DNA of 62,508 nt, the filler included, from Stramenopiles sp. TOSAG23-3 (taxonomy: Eukaryota): NCBI GenBank assembly GCA_900128585.1. It is 6 parts of 6 records of this genome, joined end to end, with 100 filler letters (N's around TTAATTAATTAA, not from the genome) between each part and the next. Parts side by side here need not be neighbours in the genome. Positions count along the whole stretch, not along the records: positions 26,962 to 53,764 come from LT642267.1; 5 more parts are not named here. The stretch is one strand, 5' to 3'. Below the pieces are notes generated by a model. The model was not told the DNA's origin. It saw only the letters and a list, made by a program, of their open reading frames with translations, and did no database searches. Of the stretch, positions 42,101 to 51,480 are shown piece by piece (the first letter of the stretch is position 1; the number at the start of each line of letters is the position of its first letter). Made by a program: the position numbers and the translations under genes.

Positions 42101-44537
42101 TAGGGACTTTCCACGACACGGAGTACAAGTCTTTCTCGACGGCGGTCTTCCCTGTCTTGTACCACGTGCTGAGGCAGTACTGGCGAGCACCATTGACAGC
42201 AGGATCCGTGTACGTTTGGATGTTGAGGTGGTTCAATATCAACTGGCGCAGCACAAACGGTCTGTTCAAGGTCGCAGTGCTGCTGTTGCCGCCTTCCAGC
42301 AGAAACATGCTGTCCAATTGCTCGGCTCCGTCGGGATTCCCTGCCTCCTTTGCTTTGCCAGCCAGTTGTCGCCTCGCCGATTTCGTCTCTTCGTCTTCGT
42401 CCATTATAATTGAGCTTACAATGGCGGAGCCGGTAGCAATTTCATGCCTCCGTCGCATTTTTACGCTCTGAGCCTGCAAAAGTTTCAAAATCTGGCACTC
42501 GTCACAGTACCATGTTTTGGGGAGCTTGTGACGTTCGATGCCCATGCAATTCCCGTGGAACCAACGGTGGCAACAGTCGCAGTCCAGCAGAAACTGTTTT
42601 GTGTTCGTCGAACCGTTGCGTCCACACGGGCACGCTGTTTCTTCGCCGTCGTCTTCTGGCACACCATTTTCATTTACATTCACGGTCATTTTCGTAGGCA
42701 TACTAAGGCGAAACACTTTGTGGTGCTCGATGCTGGCTTGGATTGTGCTGCACACCTTCCCTATTAAGTCTATAGCCAAGTTTCTAAACGAGCCTTCTAC
42801 CGGTGCGTGCTTACGTCTCCCCGCTGGGCTGTCCCGGGGTTCGGTGCAAGGGGCGCTGATGGACGAGAGCATCGAAGTAAGTTTCCGCAGCAGTTTTTCC
42901 GCCGCGGGCCATTCAGGACGGCACACGACGCGAATCAAATCGTCTACAAAGTTCGAAAGGAACGCCCGGTACCCAGTCTCTTTATCGCTCATGGAGCACC
43001 GTTTCACCAGCGTCCTCAGAAACGATTTTATAAATGGCTGACAAGGGTCAATTATATCTACGTGAGCGATGGCCGGTTCCGACTCCGATTCCGATTCTTC
43101 CTCGCTGTCCGAACTACCCGAGTCGCTCCCTGACGAACTGTCATGGGCGCCACTCCTGGAGCGAAAGGCTTCTATCAGCCGAGACTGCAGATCGGCTTTC
43201 TTTCCCACCAACTTCAAGCCTTTCCCCCTCAACTCCCTTCGGAGTTCCGCTACTTTCATCTTGCCCACCGACTCCGCATACGTTTCCTCGTCCTCGCTGT
43301 CACTGTCGTCCCCGTCTGAGGAAGACGACGAAGCCCCGCCCTTGCCCGGTTTCTCTTCCGAGGACGCCCCCCCATCTTCATCCTTTGCCACAGGGAGCAG
43401 CGGTTTCTCGGCGCAGCTATGCACCAGGTGCAAGACTAACCCAGAAATCATCATAATGTACTCCGGGGGAACAATAGTGTCCCTGTTCACGATTACTGCT
43501 TTGGCACATTTTTGGCACGGCTCGCCCTTCGCGGACGACGACGACGCCACCGCTTTGCCGCCGCCTCCTGGCGGGATCGACTCGACATCGTTAAAAGGGC
43601 TGCGCAGCGACAAGGGCAGCGGGATCAAGGGGTACGCGCGAAGGTTTTTCTTGCTCGGCGGCAGCCGATTGACATTGGAAAAAATGTCCTCAAAAATGGT
43701 AGCACGGTGCTGGTGATAGCATTGAAATATTTTTTGGACCAGCGCAATGCTGTCCAACTGCAATAGCCGAACTGGGTTTTGTGCAGTTTTCCCGTCTGCG
43801 TTTATGCACAAGGTGTTCATGCTCAAGGCTGTCAGTTGCAAAATCACGCTATCAGTCAAGGGGACCACTTCGACTAAGGTTTGAAAGTTTTGGAGCATTT
43901 CACATACCCTCCGAGAGATTTCTTTAGCAAGGGACAGTACCTCGGAGGATGGTTTGGCAGCATCTGCAGTTCGGGAAAACCCATCAAAGGCGGGGCAGAT
44001 GAGCCCGCGAAACAAGTGCTTACACAGCTGAATGATGCTTTCAATCCTAGTTTGGTGGATGATCTTCGTGTCCATATCTTTCGCCGAAATAGCCTCGAGC
44101 GTTACCAGCCCCGCTTCTACGCCGCAAAATGCGCGAGATTTCATTGACGCTGCGGAATTGAACCCGCTGGGATAAAATGGTGTGTTTACCGTCTGTTCGA
44201 TGCAAGCGTCCAACGCTGGCATCAAGCCACACATGAGCCCGTCCGGAAGGAACCGGACCCGACTTTCATCGCACACTATTCTCAGTTCTGTCCCCAACCT
44301 GGATAACTGCGCGAGGGTGACGCCTGTGCTATTGAACGATTCGTCAGCCTTCTTTCTTTTCTTCTTGGGCACATCCTTGTTTATCTTCGCTGGTGGTACG
44401 TTCTCGGCAACGGTGTGTAGCGCACTCCACTCCGCGTCGGCGCGGTTGGTCTTGGATTCGTAAGCTTTGAACGCCTCGCTGATTTCGTTTGCGACGTTTT
44501 CAAGGCGACCAATAGAGTTCACCGACAAACGCGACAT
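39102..44537 (-). CDS. NIPBL: Cohesin loader Scc2/Nipped-B with SAP and PHD inserts
   Basis: 1811-aa HEAT-repeat ORF: FVDDLIRVVCRPEWPAAEKLL, RARTMKAISTIV, DLSTAVREAVVVLIG, DKGVNVRKHAIRIL, QGLMNP, LASLPYSSEEEPLFLI, LRKHLKRVY. Confidence 0.94.
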   Translation of the reverse strand: MSRLSVNSIGRLENVANEISEAFKAYESKTNRADAEWSALHTVAENVPPAKINKDVPKKKRKKADESFNSTGVTLAQLSRLGTELRIVCDESRVRFLPDGLMCGLMPALDACIEQTVNTPFYPSGFNSAASMKSRAFCGVEAGLVTLEAISAKDMDTKIIHQTRIESIIQLCKHLFRGLICPAFDGFSRTADAAKPSSEVLSLAKEISRRVCEMLQNFQTLVEVVPLTDSVILQLTALSMNTLCINADGKTAQNPVRLLQLDSIALVQKIFQCYHQHRATIFEDIFSNVNRLPPSKKNLRAYPLIPLPLSLRSPFNDVESIPPGGGGKAVASSSSAKGEPCQKCAKAVIVNRDTIVPPEYIMMISGLVLHLVHSCAEKPLLPVAKDEDGGASSEEKPGKGGASSSSSDGDDSDSEDEETYAESVGKMKVAELRRELRGKGLKLVGKKADLQSRLIEAFRSRSGAHDSSSGSDSGSSDSEEESESESEPAIAHVDIIDPCQPFIKSFLRTLVKRCSMSDKETGYRAFLSNFVDDLIRVVCRPEWPAAEKLLRKLTSMLSSISAPCTEPRDSPAGRRKHAPVEGSFRNLAIDLIGKVCSTIQASIEHHKVFRLSMPTKMTVNVNENGVPEDDGEETACPCGRNGSTNTKQFLLDCDCCHRWFHGNCMGIERHKLPKTWYCDECQILKLLQAQSVKMRRRHEIATGSAIVSSIIMDEDEETKSARRQLAGKAKEAGNPDGAEQLDSMFLLEGGNSSTATLNRPFVLRQLILNHLNIQTYTDPAVNGARQYCLSTWYKTGKTAVEKDLYSVSWKVPKLATVREETPQLSQRANAHAALELVCEKPLFKNVGKLLDHMLKCSRDNSSSFRARTMKAISTIVDSNPDLIGDERFQMTINARFTDLSTAVREAVVVLIGKYVIRRRKYALAYHDNIVNRVRDKGVNVRKHAIRILKSILLDLKEYPRRTDITLVLSEKMNQIVELDSVKVIITDIFKELWFASAGLESISGTLAGTEFAKTTAHEIVNFVARVPSSSLEWMVNMIRASLNDKTYNNGKDRSAERALIREHLLATVAAMVDGLVHLTEENLNVFGNLFKDDMAAMVIRQAIFASLRVFAMADPSLLLPHTPVFCVYLKGDDEQDTVANNRIKSETAIILAKLLPTWNDCDRGVMKSLQEDLQNIMYRSPTVTSISGAKCWSALLCNKNCDHHLIGQTLQAFYSVLWTYRKETSLQTASFGIKGSIHRSLFQLGLLCQAYDFDMGLSPQSASTVSAPSSVSSGFATPPRRSLSPVGDYADLLPVEFGGGDLVPGHVNEQILSMYMHYLSDGCAQGGKYLARAIAGLGCLFVRRPKYMLRTGPHELISRSLTSSDADVRRVILSTLCRILQEEESKIEEAHRIAVSNRQTANFAAQVYGDQDAESSIASAVIQVHQSKFRELLLDSDANVRYSCVNLILTLLRQGLMNPLPFIVPLEVLVSDDDTTTSRLAYRAVMTIAEKAPHHVSGKFIDALSASFDFKVKYFSSTVAVTDESALDDSYTGFLSIFSRLYVSAIQPSNRFTHKFLDASLGIFRPLLHLIEKGSKPTAFSSSLSPSRYQDGASGDDSEDECEAMTNRRKEIPSARKLSYIAETLASLPYSSEEEPLFLIHSIDRMLCIHGTNTIDRANSVMRRKRSTHDRNFDIIFSGMYGLMVLFELRKHLKRVYQLPASKIQKYEPKKLSRHEITPLSKAINHYKPKFRDAKELAPTEKAKHRKITSMIGALSKVVFDVENNDKGSGNSKKRKRSGSEISPATSPVRSTLKRARAVSLEEALLGDVVV

Positions 44538-44689
44538 TGTTTCCTACTTTGATGCAACTGTCTGTCGGGCAAACTATATATATATACATGCAGTTAAACA
44601 ATTCACTGTCTTTCTCTTTTTTCTTCTGAATCATTCTTTCTCTCCCTTCTTTCCTTTCTTTGTCAGTTTTTGAATATTTAATATATAAA

Positions 44690-45480
44690 ATCTCCTTCCT
44701 TCTTTCCTTCCTTCCTTCCTTCCTTTTTTCCTTCCTTCTTTCCTTCCTTCCTTCTTTCTCTCTTTCTTCTTTCTTCCTTCTTCTTTCTTTCTTCTTTCTT
44801 CCTTCTTCTTTCTTCCGATTGATTGATTGATTCATGATATGATGATGTTATTTAATAGAAGAAGAAGAAGGCGCGCGGAAGGAAGAATTTATAATGTTTA
44901 TATTATCTACTATGTACCTGTTATTTATATTTATGATTTGATGAAATTGATATCTCTTTGCTATTCTTATGTTTTGTGTGCGTTTGCCGCGTAGAATTTA
45001 CAGGATACGTATATACTTATAGGAGATCATTATGTATTCTAAAGAAGAAAGTAATCCTATATATTAATAATACACCGAAGGAAAAAAAGAAGAAAGAAGA
45101 AGTAAAGAAAGAAGAAGTAAAGAAAGAAGAAGAAGAAAAAAAGAAGAATGAAGAAGAAAAAGAAGAAAAAGAAGAAAGAAGAAAGAAGAAGAAAGAAGAA
45201 GAAAGAAGAAGAAAAAGAAGAAGAAGAAAGAGAAGAAAGAAGAAAGAAGAAAGAAGAAAGAAGAAAGAAGAAAGAAGAAAGAAGAAAGAAGAAGAAGAAA
45301 GAAGAAAGAAAGAAGAAGGAAGAAGAGAAGAAGAAGAAGAAAAAAAGAAAGAAGAAGAAGAAGAAGAAAGAAGAAGAAGAAAAAACAAAAAAAATATGGC
45401 ACAATATTTTTTTTATAAAATACAATAAATAGATTCTTCTTCTCTTCTTCTTCTTCTTCTTCTTCTTCTTCTCTCTCTGA
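44690..45480. repeat. (TTCC/TTC)n tract (~44690-44815), long (GAA)n tract (~45080-45385) and short (TTC)n tract (~45435-45478)
   Basis: Directly visible simple repeats between the divergent Scc2 and UMPS genes. Confidence 0.9.
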
Positions 45481-45668
45481 AATCAATTTTTATTATACAC
45501 ACTTCTTAGTAATTTTCTAAAGAAAGTAAACAAAACAAAATAATGAAGGAAACTCAACTATTGGTGAATTTGGTTTAGGTGTTTACATCATTTTTTAATT
45601 AACGAAATTAATCATACAGTTTAGTGTGTTTTATTCTCGAGAGTAAGAAATATTTAAAGTGAACGACG

Positions 45669-47186
45669 ATGGCGAGTAATACGGCAGCGGAAAGTAAACT
45701 TTCGTTTTTTGACAGGTTGGAGGCACGCGTGAACACAGTTAACTCACTACTTTGCGTTGGGCTAGATCCACACCGTGCCGACCTGGAAAAGCTCGGTGAC
45801 GTGTCTGCGAACGGTGCCTTTACCTTTTGTGCGAGCTTGGTCGACAAAACAAAGCACATCGCTGTCTCGTACAAGCCGAACGGGGCGTTTTTTGAGGCAT
45901 TTGGAGCGGACGGAATAGCCGCCCTGGAAAAATTGATTAGCTACGTGCCGGACGATATCCCAGTCCTGCTGGATATAAAGCGTGGGGACATCGGTTCCAC
46001 GGCTGTGGCGTACGCCGACGCGGCCTACAACTCTGCAAAGGCCGACGCCGTTACTCTTAGCCCTTACATGGGGTCGGAATCGATCTCGCCGTTCATCAAA
46101 AACCCCGAAAAGGGGGCGTTCGTCATTTGCAAAACGTCCAACCCTAGCTCGAACGAGCTGCAAACCTTGAAGATTGAGGGAGGGAACGGGGCGGCGTTGT
46201 TCGAGAAAGTAGCAGGACTTTGTGAGTCGTGGAACACCAACAACAACGTCGGGGTCGTCGTTGGGGCTACCGACGTGGACGCGCTGAAGCGGGTCCGTGC
46301 CGCCGCCCCGGGGCTGTGGATTCTTGCGCCAGGAATCGGGGCGCAAGGGGGGAACCTGGACGAGGCCGTTGCCGGCGGCCTCCGCCAAGACGGCATGGGC
46401 CTGTTGGTCCCCGTCTCGCGCGGAATCTCTCGTGCGGAGGACCCAGGGAAAGCTGCGGAAAGCCTCGTGGCGAACATCAACGAGGCAAGGGCAAGGGCGC
46501 GCGCAGACAATAGTGGCGGCGGAGAAAGTGGGCTGAAGAAGTACCAGGAAGAATTTATAGAATTTGCCCTCGATGCGGGCGTCTTAAAGTTCGGCGAGTT
46601 CACGTTGAAATCCGGTAGGCTTAGCCCGTACTTTTTCAACGCAGGCCTGTTCAATTCGGGGAAATCGTTAAAGCTTGTGGGCCAGTTCTACGCGAAGGCC
46701 ATTGTGGACAGTGGGGTGGAGTTCGATGTTTTGTTTGGCCCGGCGTACAAAGGCATCACGTTGGCGAGCACGGTCGCCATCGCTCTTACGGAGTTTGGCC
46801 TCGACGTTCCCTTCGCTTACAACCGAAAAGAAAAGAAGGACCACGGCGAGGGAGGCCAGCTAGTTGGCGCCAAAATCGAGGGGAAACGTGTGCTCATCAT
46901 CGACGACGTCATCACCGCCGGGACGGCCATACGAGAGGCCATGGGGATGCTGAAGGCGGCCGGTGCCATTGCAGCAGGGGTCATAATTGCGCTCGATCGC
47001 CAGGAGAAAGTAAAGGATACCAGCACCACGTCTGCCATCCAAAGCGTCCAAGAAGAGTTTGGCATACCCGTGAACTTCGTGGTCGGTCTAGACCACCTGT
47101 TGTCGTTTGCGAAGAACAATAAGAAAGTGGAAAGCCACCTGGCAATGATCGAGGCGTACCGTGAAAAGTACGGCATCCGGTACTGA
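45669..47186 (+). CDS. UMPS: Bifunctional UMP synthase in OMP decarboxylase - orotate phosphoribosyltransferase order
   Basis: N-terminal [56 protein letters not shown]-terminal [52 protein letters not shown]. Confidence 0.96.
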   Translation: MASNTAAESKLSFFDRLEARVNTVNSLLCVGLDPHRADLEKLGDVSANGAFTFCASLVDKTKHIAVSYKPNGAFFEAFGADGIAALEKLISYVPDDIPVLLDIKRGDIGSTAVAYADAAYNSAKADAVTLSPYMGSESISPFIKNPEKGAFVICKTSNPSSNELQTLKIEGGNGAALFEKVAGLCESWNTNNNVGVVVGATDVDALKRVRAAAPGLWILAPGIGAQGGNLDEAVAGGLRQDGMGLLVPVSRGISRAEDPGKAAESLVANINEARARARADNSGGGESGLKKYQEEFIEFALDAGVLKFGEFTLKSGRLSPYFFNAGLFNSGKSLKLVGQFYAKAIVDSGVEFDVLFGPAYKGITLASTVAIALTEFGLDVPFAYNRKEKKDHGEGGQLVGAKIEGKRVLIIDDVITAGTAIREAMGMLKAAGAIAAGVIIALDRQEKVKDTSTTSAIQSVQEEFGIPVNFVVGLDHLLSFAKNNKKVESHLAMIEAYREKYGIRY

Positions 47187-47555
47187 ACCCTAGGGCTGCA
47201 CAGGTTACAAAAAATACATATTTTGGTTTTTAAAAAAGGCAAAAGCAACGAGTAAAAGTGTAAGTTTTTTTTTTAAACTTATCAATCAATCCTAAAATTA
47301 CGCGCACGGAACCGGGCACGATCTTTGCCCGATTCCACCCATACTCACTGTTTCCATATACCCCGCGCAAGCTCGTCCAAAGTGTTCTCCAGGTGCTGTG
47401 GCCTTCACCATTCCTCTGGTCGTCAAAAAGAGCGATGCGCACGGGTTCGTACTCTCCTCCTTACTTCTTCCATTTTTACGTCCCGTTCCGTTCTCGCTGC
47501 AGGCCAGCAAAGCGAATGCAAGCGGTGCGCCCTCGGCGAACAGTCACTCTTTTTC

Positions 47556-48794
47556 TCACTTGCGCGGGCCGGCGGCGCCCTCCCGTCTGCCCTTGCCGCT
47601 GTCGCGTCTATCCTTGCCGCCGCGGTTACGTCGCTGGGCGCCCCCCTTCCCTTTGCCTCCGCCTTTGGGCTTTTGGTATTGAACGCTTTGTTTGGCAGCT
47701 TCCATCTCCAGATCTGCCCCTTTGAAACTCATTCCGCCTCGGGTCTGCTCTAGCACTTTGTCCACGGTCTTGGGGGAGGTGAAGGTGACGTAGCCAGTGG
47801 CAAACTCCTTGTTGGGCTTGCGCTTGATTTCGACCTTTTCGACCTTGCCGAACTTCTTGAAAGCGGTCTTGAATTCCTCCTCGGTGGTGTCCGAGACAAC
47901 ATTTTTCACGAAGAGAACGAACACGCCGCTAGGCTGCTTCGCTGCCGGCTTGGCGGGTTCTTTTCCATTCCCAGGCTTCCCCGGTTTGCGGTCTTTGCGG
48001 CCCACTGGCCCGGCGCCGTTGGCTTCGGTCGCCGCGGCATTCTCCGGCGGTTTGGCGGCTTTGGGGCGCACTTCCTTGAATTTTCCGTCTCCGGCATTCC
48101 CGGCAACGCCCGCCCAGGAGGACTTCACTGGGGCGCCCGCCGGGGCCGCGGGGGCTTTCTGCTCCGCCTTTGGGGCAGGCTTCGCGGCCTTGGCCGCCTC
48201 CTGCTTCGGCGCGGCGGCGCTTTTCGCGGTCTTCGCCACCGGCGCCTTCGACTCTTTGGCTGGGGGCGCCTTGGGGGCCTTGGCGGCCGCGGGGGCGGCC
48301 TTGACAACAGCAGGGGCCGCGGGGGCCTGGACCGGCTCTTTCGCGGGGGCCTCCACTGCGGCAGGGGCGGGCGAGCTGTTGGCGCTCACGGCGAGCATCG
48401 CGTTCCGGCAGTAGTAGGACCGGTTCTGCTTCTTCAAGACGAAGGATTGCGAGAAGTTTCGCAGTTCCGAGTCGTTGAAGCCAATACGTCCCGTCACCAA
48501 GACAAGAATCCCACTGTTGTCCATGGGGGTGGCCATGACTTCCGAGTTGTTCTCCAGGTCCAACGCGGTGAATTTGTTCTTCCCCAGGAATCGCGCCAAT
48601 TCCTTGGCAACGCCTTCCTTTCCGGACGCCTCGAACCTGTCGTCGTTGCATACGAAGTTGATGGACGAGTCGCGCCCGAAATAAGACGATAGCTTTTCCG
48701 CCCTCTCCTTCTGCAGAAAGCACGTGTTATAATACCGCGAAGCGAATTTGAAGCCAATCTTTTTGCAGTCCTCCGCAGAAATTAACTCCGACAT
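47556..48794 (-). CDS. G3BP/Rasputin-like protein (NTF2 + Ala/Pro/Lys linker + RRM + Gly/Arg tail)
   Basis: NTF2-like IGFKFASRYY...GILVLVTG...FSQSFVL...YYCRN; linker with SSWAGVA; RRM LFVKNV...FKKFGKV...TGYVTF; RGG-like C-terminus. Confidence 0.85.
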   Translation of the reverse strand: MSELISAEDCKKIGFKFASRYYNTCFLQKERAEKLSSYFGRDSSINFVCNDDRFEASGKEGVAKELARFLGKNKFTALDLENNSEVMATPMDNSGILVLVTGRIGFNDSELRNFSQSFVLKKQNRSYYCRNAMLAVSANSSPAPAAVEAPAKEPVQAPAAPAVVKAAPAAAKAPKAPPAKESKAPVAKTAKSAAAPKQEAAKAAKPAPKAEQKAPAAPAGAPVKSSWAGVAGNAGDGKFKEVRPKAAKPPENAAATEANGAGPVGRKDRKPGKPGNGKEPAKPAAKQPSGVFVLFVKNVVSDTTEEEFKTAFKKFGKVEKVEIKRKPNKEFATGYVTFTSPKTVDKVLEQTRGGMSFKGADLEMEAAKQSVQYQKPKGGGKGKGGAQRRNRGGKDRRDSGKGRREGAAGPRK

Positions 48795-49177
48795 GTTTCC
48801 TGTTGTTGTTGTTCACGGTTTTCTATAATACACTGTCGTTACAACTTATACAATAAAAATTTACAGGTGCCGTCCCTATTTACGAAACACTTAGAGCCTT
48901 CTTAACCAAAGTTAGACAAAAGTTGAAAAGCAAAGGGTGTCCAGACTCGCTGTGTAGTTTATTTCCGTTGTTGGCGTTGCCGTCCTGGTATATAAATTTA
49001 TAAACGAAGACAAAAAAGAATGAACTGAAACTTGTTTTGTACTACAAAAATAAAAAAAGCAAGGTGGCGTTCGTTTTAAACTTCAAACCCATTCACCGTT
49101 GGCCAACTCGTCCCTTTTTTTATTTCATAATTCGGTATAGAAAGACAGGACCTTTACTTTGTGACTCTTTGGAATAT

Positions 49178-49445
49178 CGAAGAAGAAGAAGAAGAAGAAG
49201 GAGGAGGGAAAGAAGAAGGGATGAAGAAGAAAGAAAGAAAAAAAGAAAGAAAGAAAGAAGAAGAAGAAAAAAAAGAAGAAGAAGAAGAAGAAGAAGAAGA
49301 AAGAAAGAAAGAAAGAAAGAGAAGTCAAAGAAAGAAAGAAAGAAAGAAAGAGATAGAAGTCAAAGAAAGAAAGAGAAGTCAAAGAAAGAAAGAAAGAAAG
49401 AAAGAGAAGTCAAAGAAAGAAAGAAAGAAAGAAAGAAAAAAGAAC
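49178..49445. repeat. (GAA/GAAA)n tract with repeated GAAGTCAAAGAAAG units
   Basis: Directly visible upstream of the G3BP start. Confidence 0.88.
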
Positions 49446-51480
49446 GGACGGAAAAGAAATTCTATAATATTAAGGATAAATATAGAAAGAGAGATTTAAT
49501 AAATATCCCTGATGAATGCTAATACTATATTATTTAAGAGAAGGTTTAATTTATTGTTTCTTTGTATTAATAGCATACATATAACATTAAAAACAATATT
49601 CGCGAAGTGACAAAGTATAAATTTTTATATTAACACAGCATATAAATATGATATATTTATATATGTCCTTAATAGAAATGCTTGCCGTGCCGTCTCTCGT
49701 CTAGTGGATGGGTGATATTGAGAGATATCTTTTAACATTGACACAGGGAAGGAATAAACCAAATCTAAGAATTATTATTGAAAACTCATTCCGATGCATT
49801 AACATAGGAATAGTATAGCATACAGTTAAATCGTCTTTCTTCCTATTTAAATTAATTATTAAGTATAGTTAATATGTATAGTCTAAGTTCATTGATTATG
49901 AATAGGATATTTAAGAAGTACGTTTTAAAGTAGAGTAAAAATAAATGTGAATGCTGTGATTATGTATTTAAAAGTTAAAAAAATGTTCAGTGGTATCGTA
50001 ATCCATCATCAATGCTGTTGGGTGTTCTTTAATTTTTTAGTATTGAATTACGAAGGAATCCTAAACCAATACTTCGATCAAATTATTAATAGGATCAGAG
50101 CATCTGTTTTAAAAATTAAAAATTAGCATAGCCCCACCACCCATTTCTTCAGGAGGTATCGTTACGTCTGTACTGTTTCCATATTTAGAAAGACAGTCCA
50201 ACTAGAAAGAAGATAAGAAGAGGTAATTAGAATGGAGAATTCATATTTAAGAAATCATATTGAAAGGAAATAATTATTATTTCCCTTCGTTTGTTATATA
50301 GTACCTTTATATACAATGGAATCAAAGAAAGCAAAAAGCGATTGAAAAGAACAAAAATAGTACATTTTAGTCCTATAATCCTTATGTAACCAGAACTACG
50401 AAATCAACGAAACGTTATACGATGCTGTACTCCTGCTGTAAATCATAAAATGTACTTGAAACAAAATAGTTACTAGACTAAATTTCCTATGTACAAAAAT
50501 GGTTGGGTCGGAATAGAACCGGTCCAAGTAGTTTTAATCATGTAAATTAAGTTTAATTGGACACTATGTCTATCTTAATTGTATTTCTATAAAATAATTA
50601 CAATGTTAGTTACTTTAAGTAGTATAAGAATTGCTCCAAACCAACCACTCGATGCAACCCTATACTCTGTTTATATTACTATGCTATTGTCATATTAAAT
50701 TTCACCTGGAATGTGGATGGAATTGTAAAAATCACCCTTCTGAAATTTCTACTTCAAAAAGAGATCTCTTTGGATTTAAAATTTGTATGTACTTGTAATA
50801 TATTTACACTATATTGTATATATCCTATACAGTAAAATAAAAACTGAATAGCTACATAGGAGGAACATACAGGACACAGCAGTCATTTCGGTTCTTCATC
50901 TCCGTTGGTAATTTTGAGATCGTTATCGGGTGCTTGCTTGGCTCTTGGCTTGAAATCCATTCCAGTTTTGTTGTCTCTTCGATGAAATAAGGATGGGTGT
51001 TTGTACGTTGGGGTTGATCTATTTATTGGTTCGTGGGTTACTCATTAAGTATTACAATATAGAATTGAAAACAAGTGGAGCTGTAAACAAAATAGGTTTT
51101 CAGTAGGGGTGGGGTGCATATCCTTAACGTTCTCTTTTACTTGGAGTAAAAAAAGCACATTAGTCAAATCAAGCCGAAGGGGTCTTGTAACTAAATAGAA
51201 GAAACACCGTCCTGCTGTCTCCATGGTGTTGATCCACTCCACCTCGGCCATAAATGTGCCGGAGAACAACATCATTGAACAACCAAAATAAAGACCGAAC
51301 CTCATCACAGACACGATCCATCCATCCAGAATCGCGTTTGAGTACTGGACTACACGGTCTTTGGTGAAAGTATAGAGAATTCTTGGGTTCGTAACCGTAT
51401 GTGGTCAACGCCCGTTATCGAAAGTGTTGTGTTCATTTGCCGAAAGAAAAAAGAATAAAGCGAAAAAACAAACTTCAAAC

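Noticed and set aside
44958-45486. K/E/R-rich and F/S/L-rich ORFs (also 36043-36864, 37059-37332, 49037-49522, 1084-1592)
   Set aside because: Translations of stop-free GAA/TTC microsatellites with no domain content.
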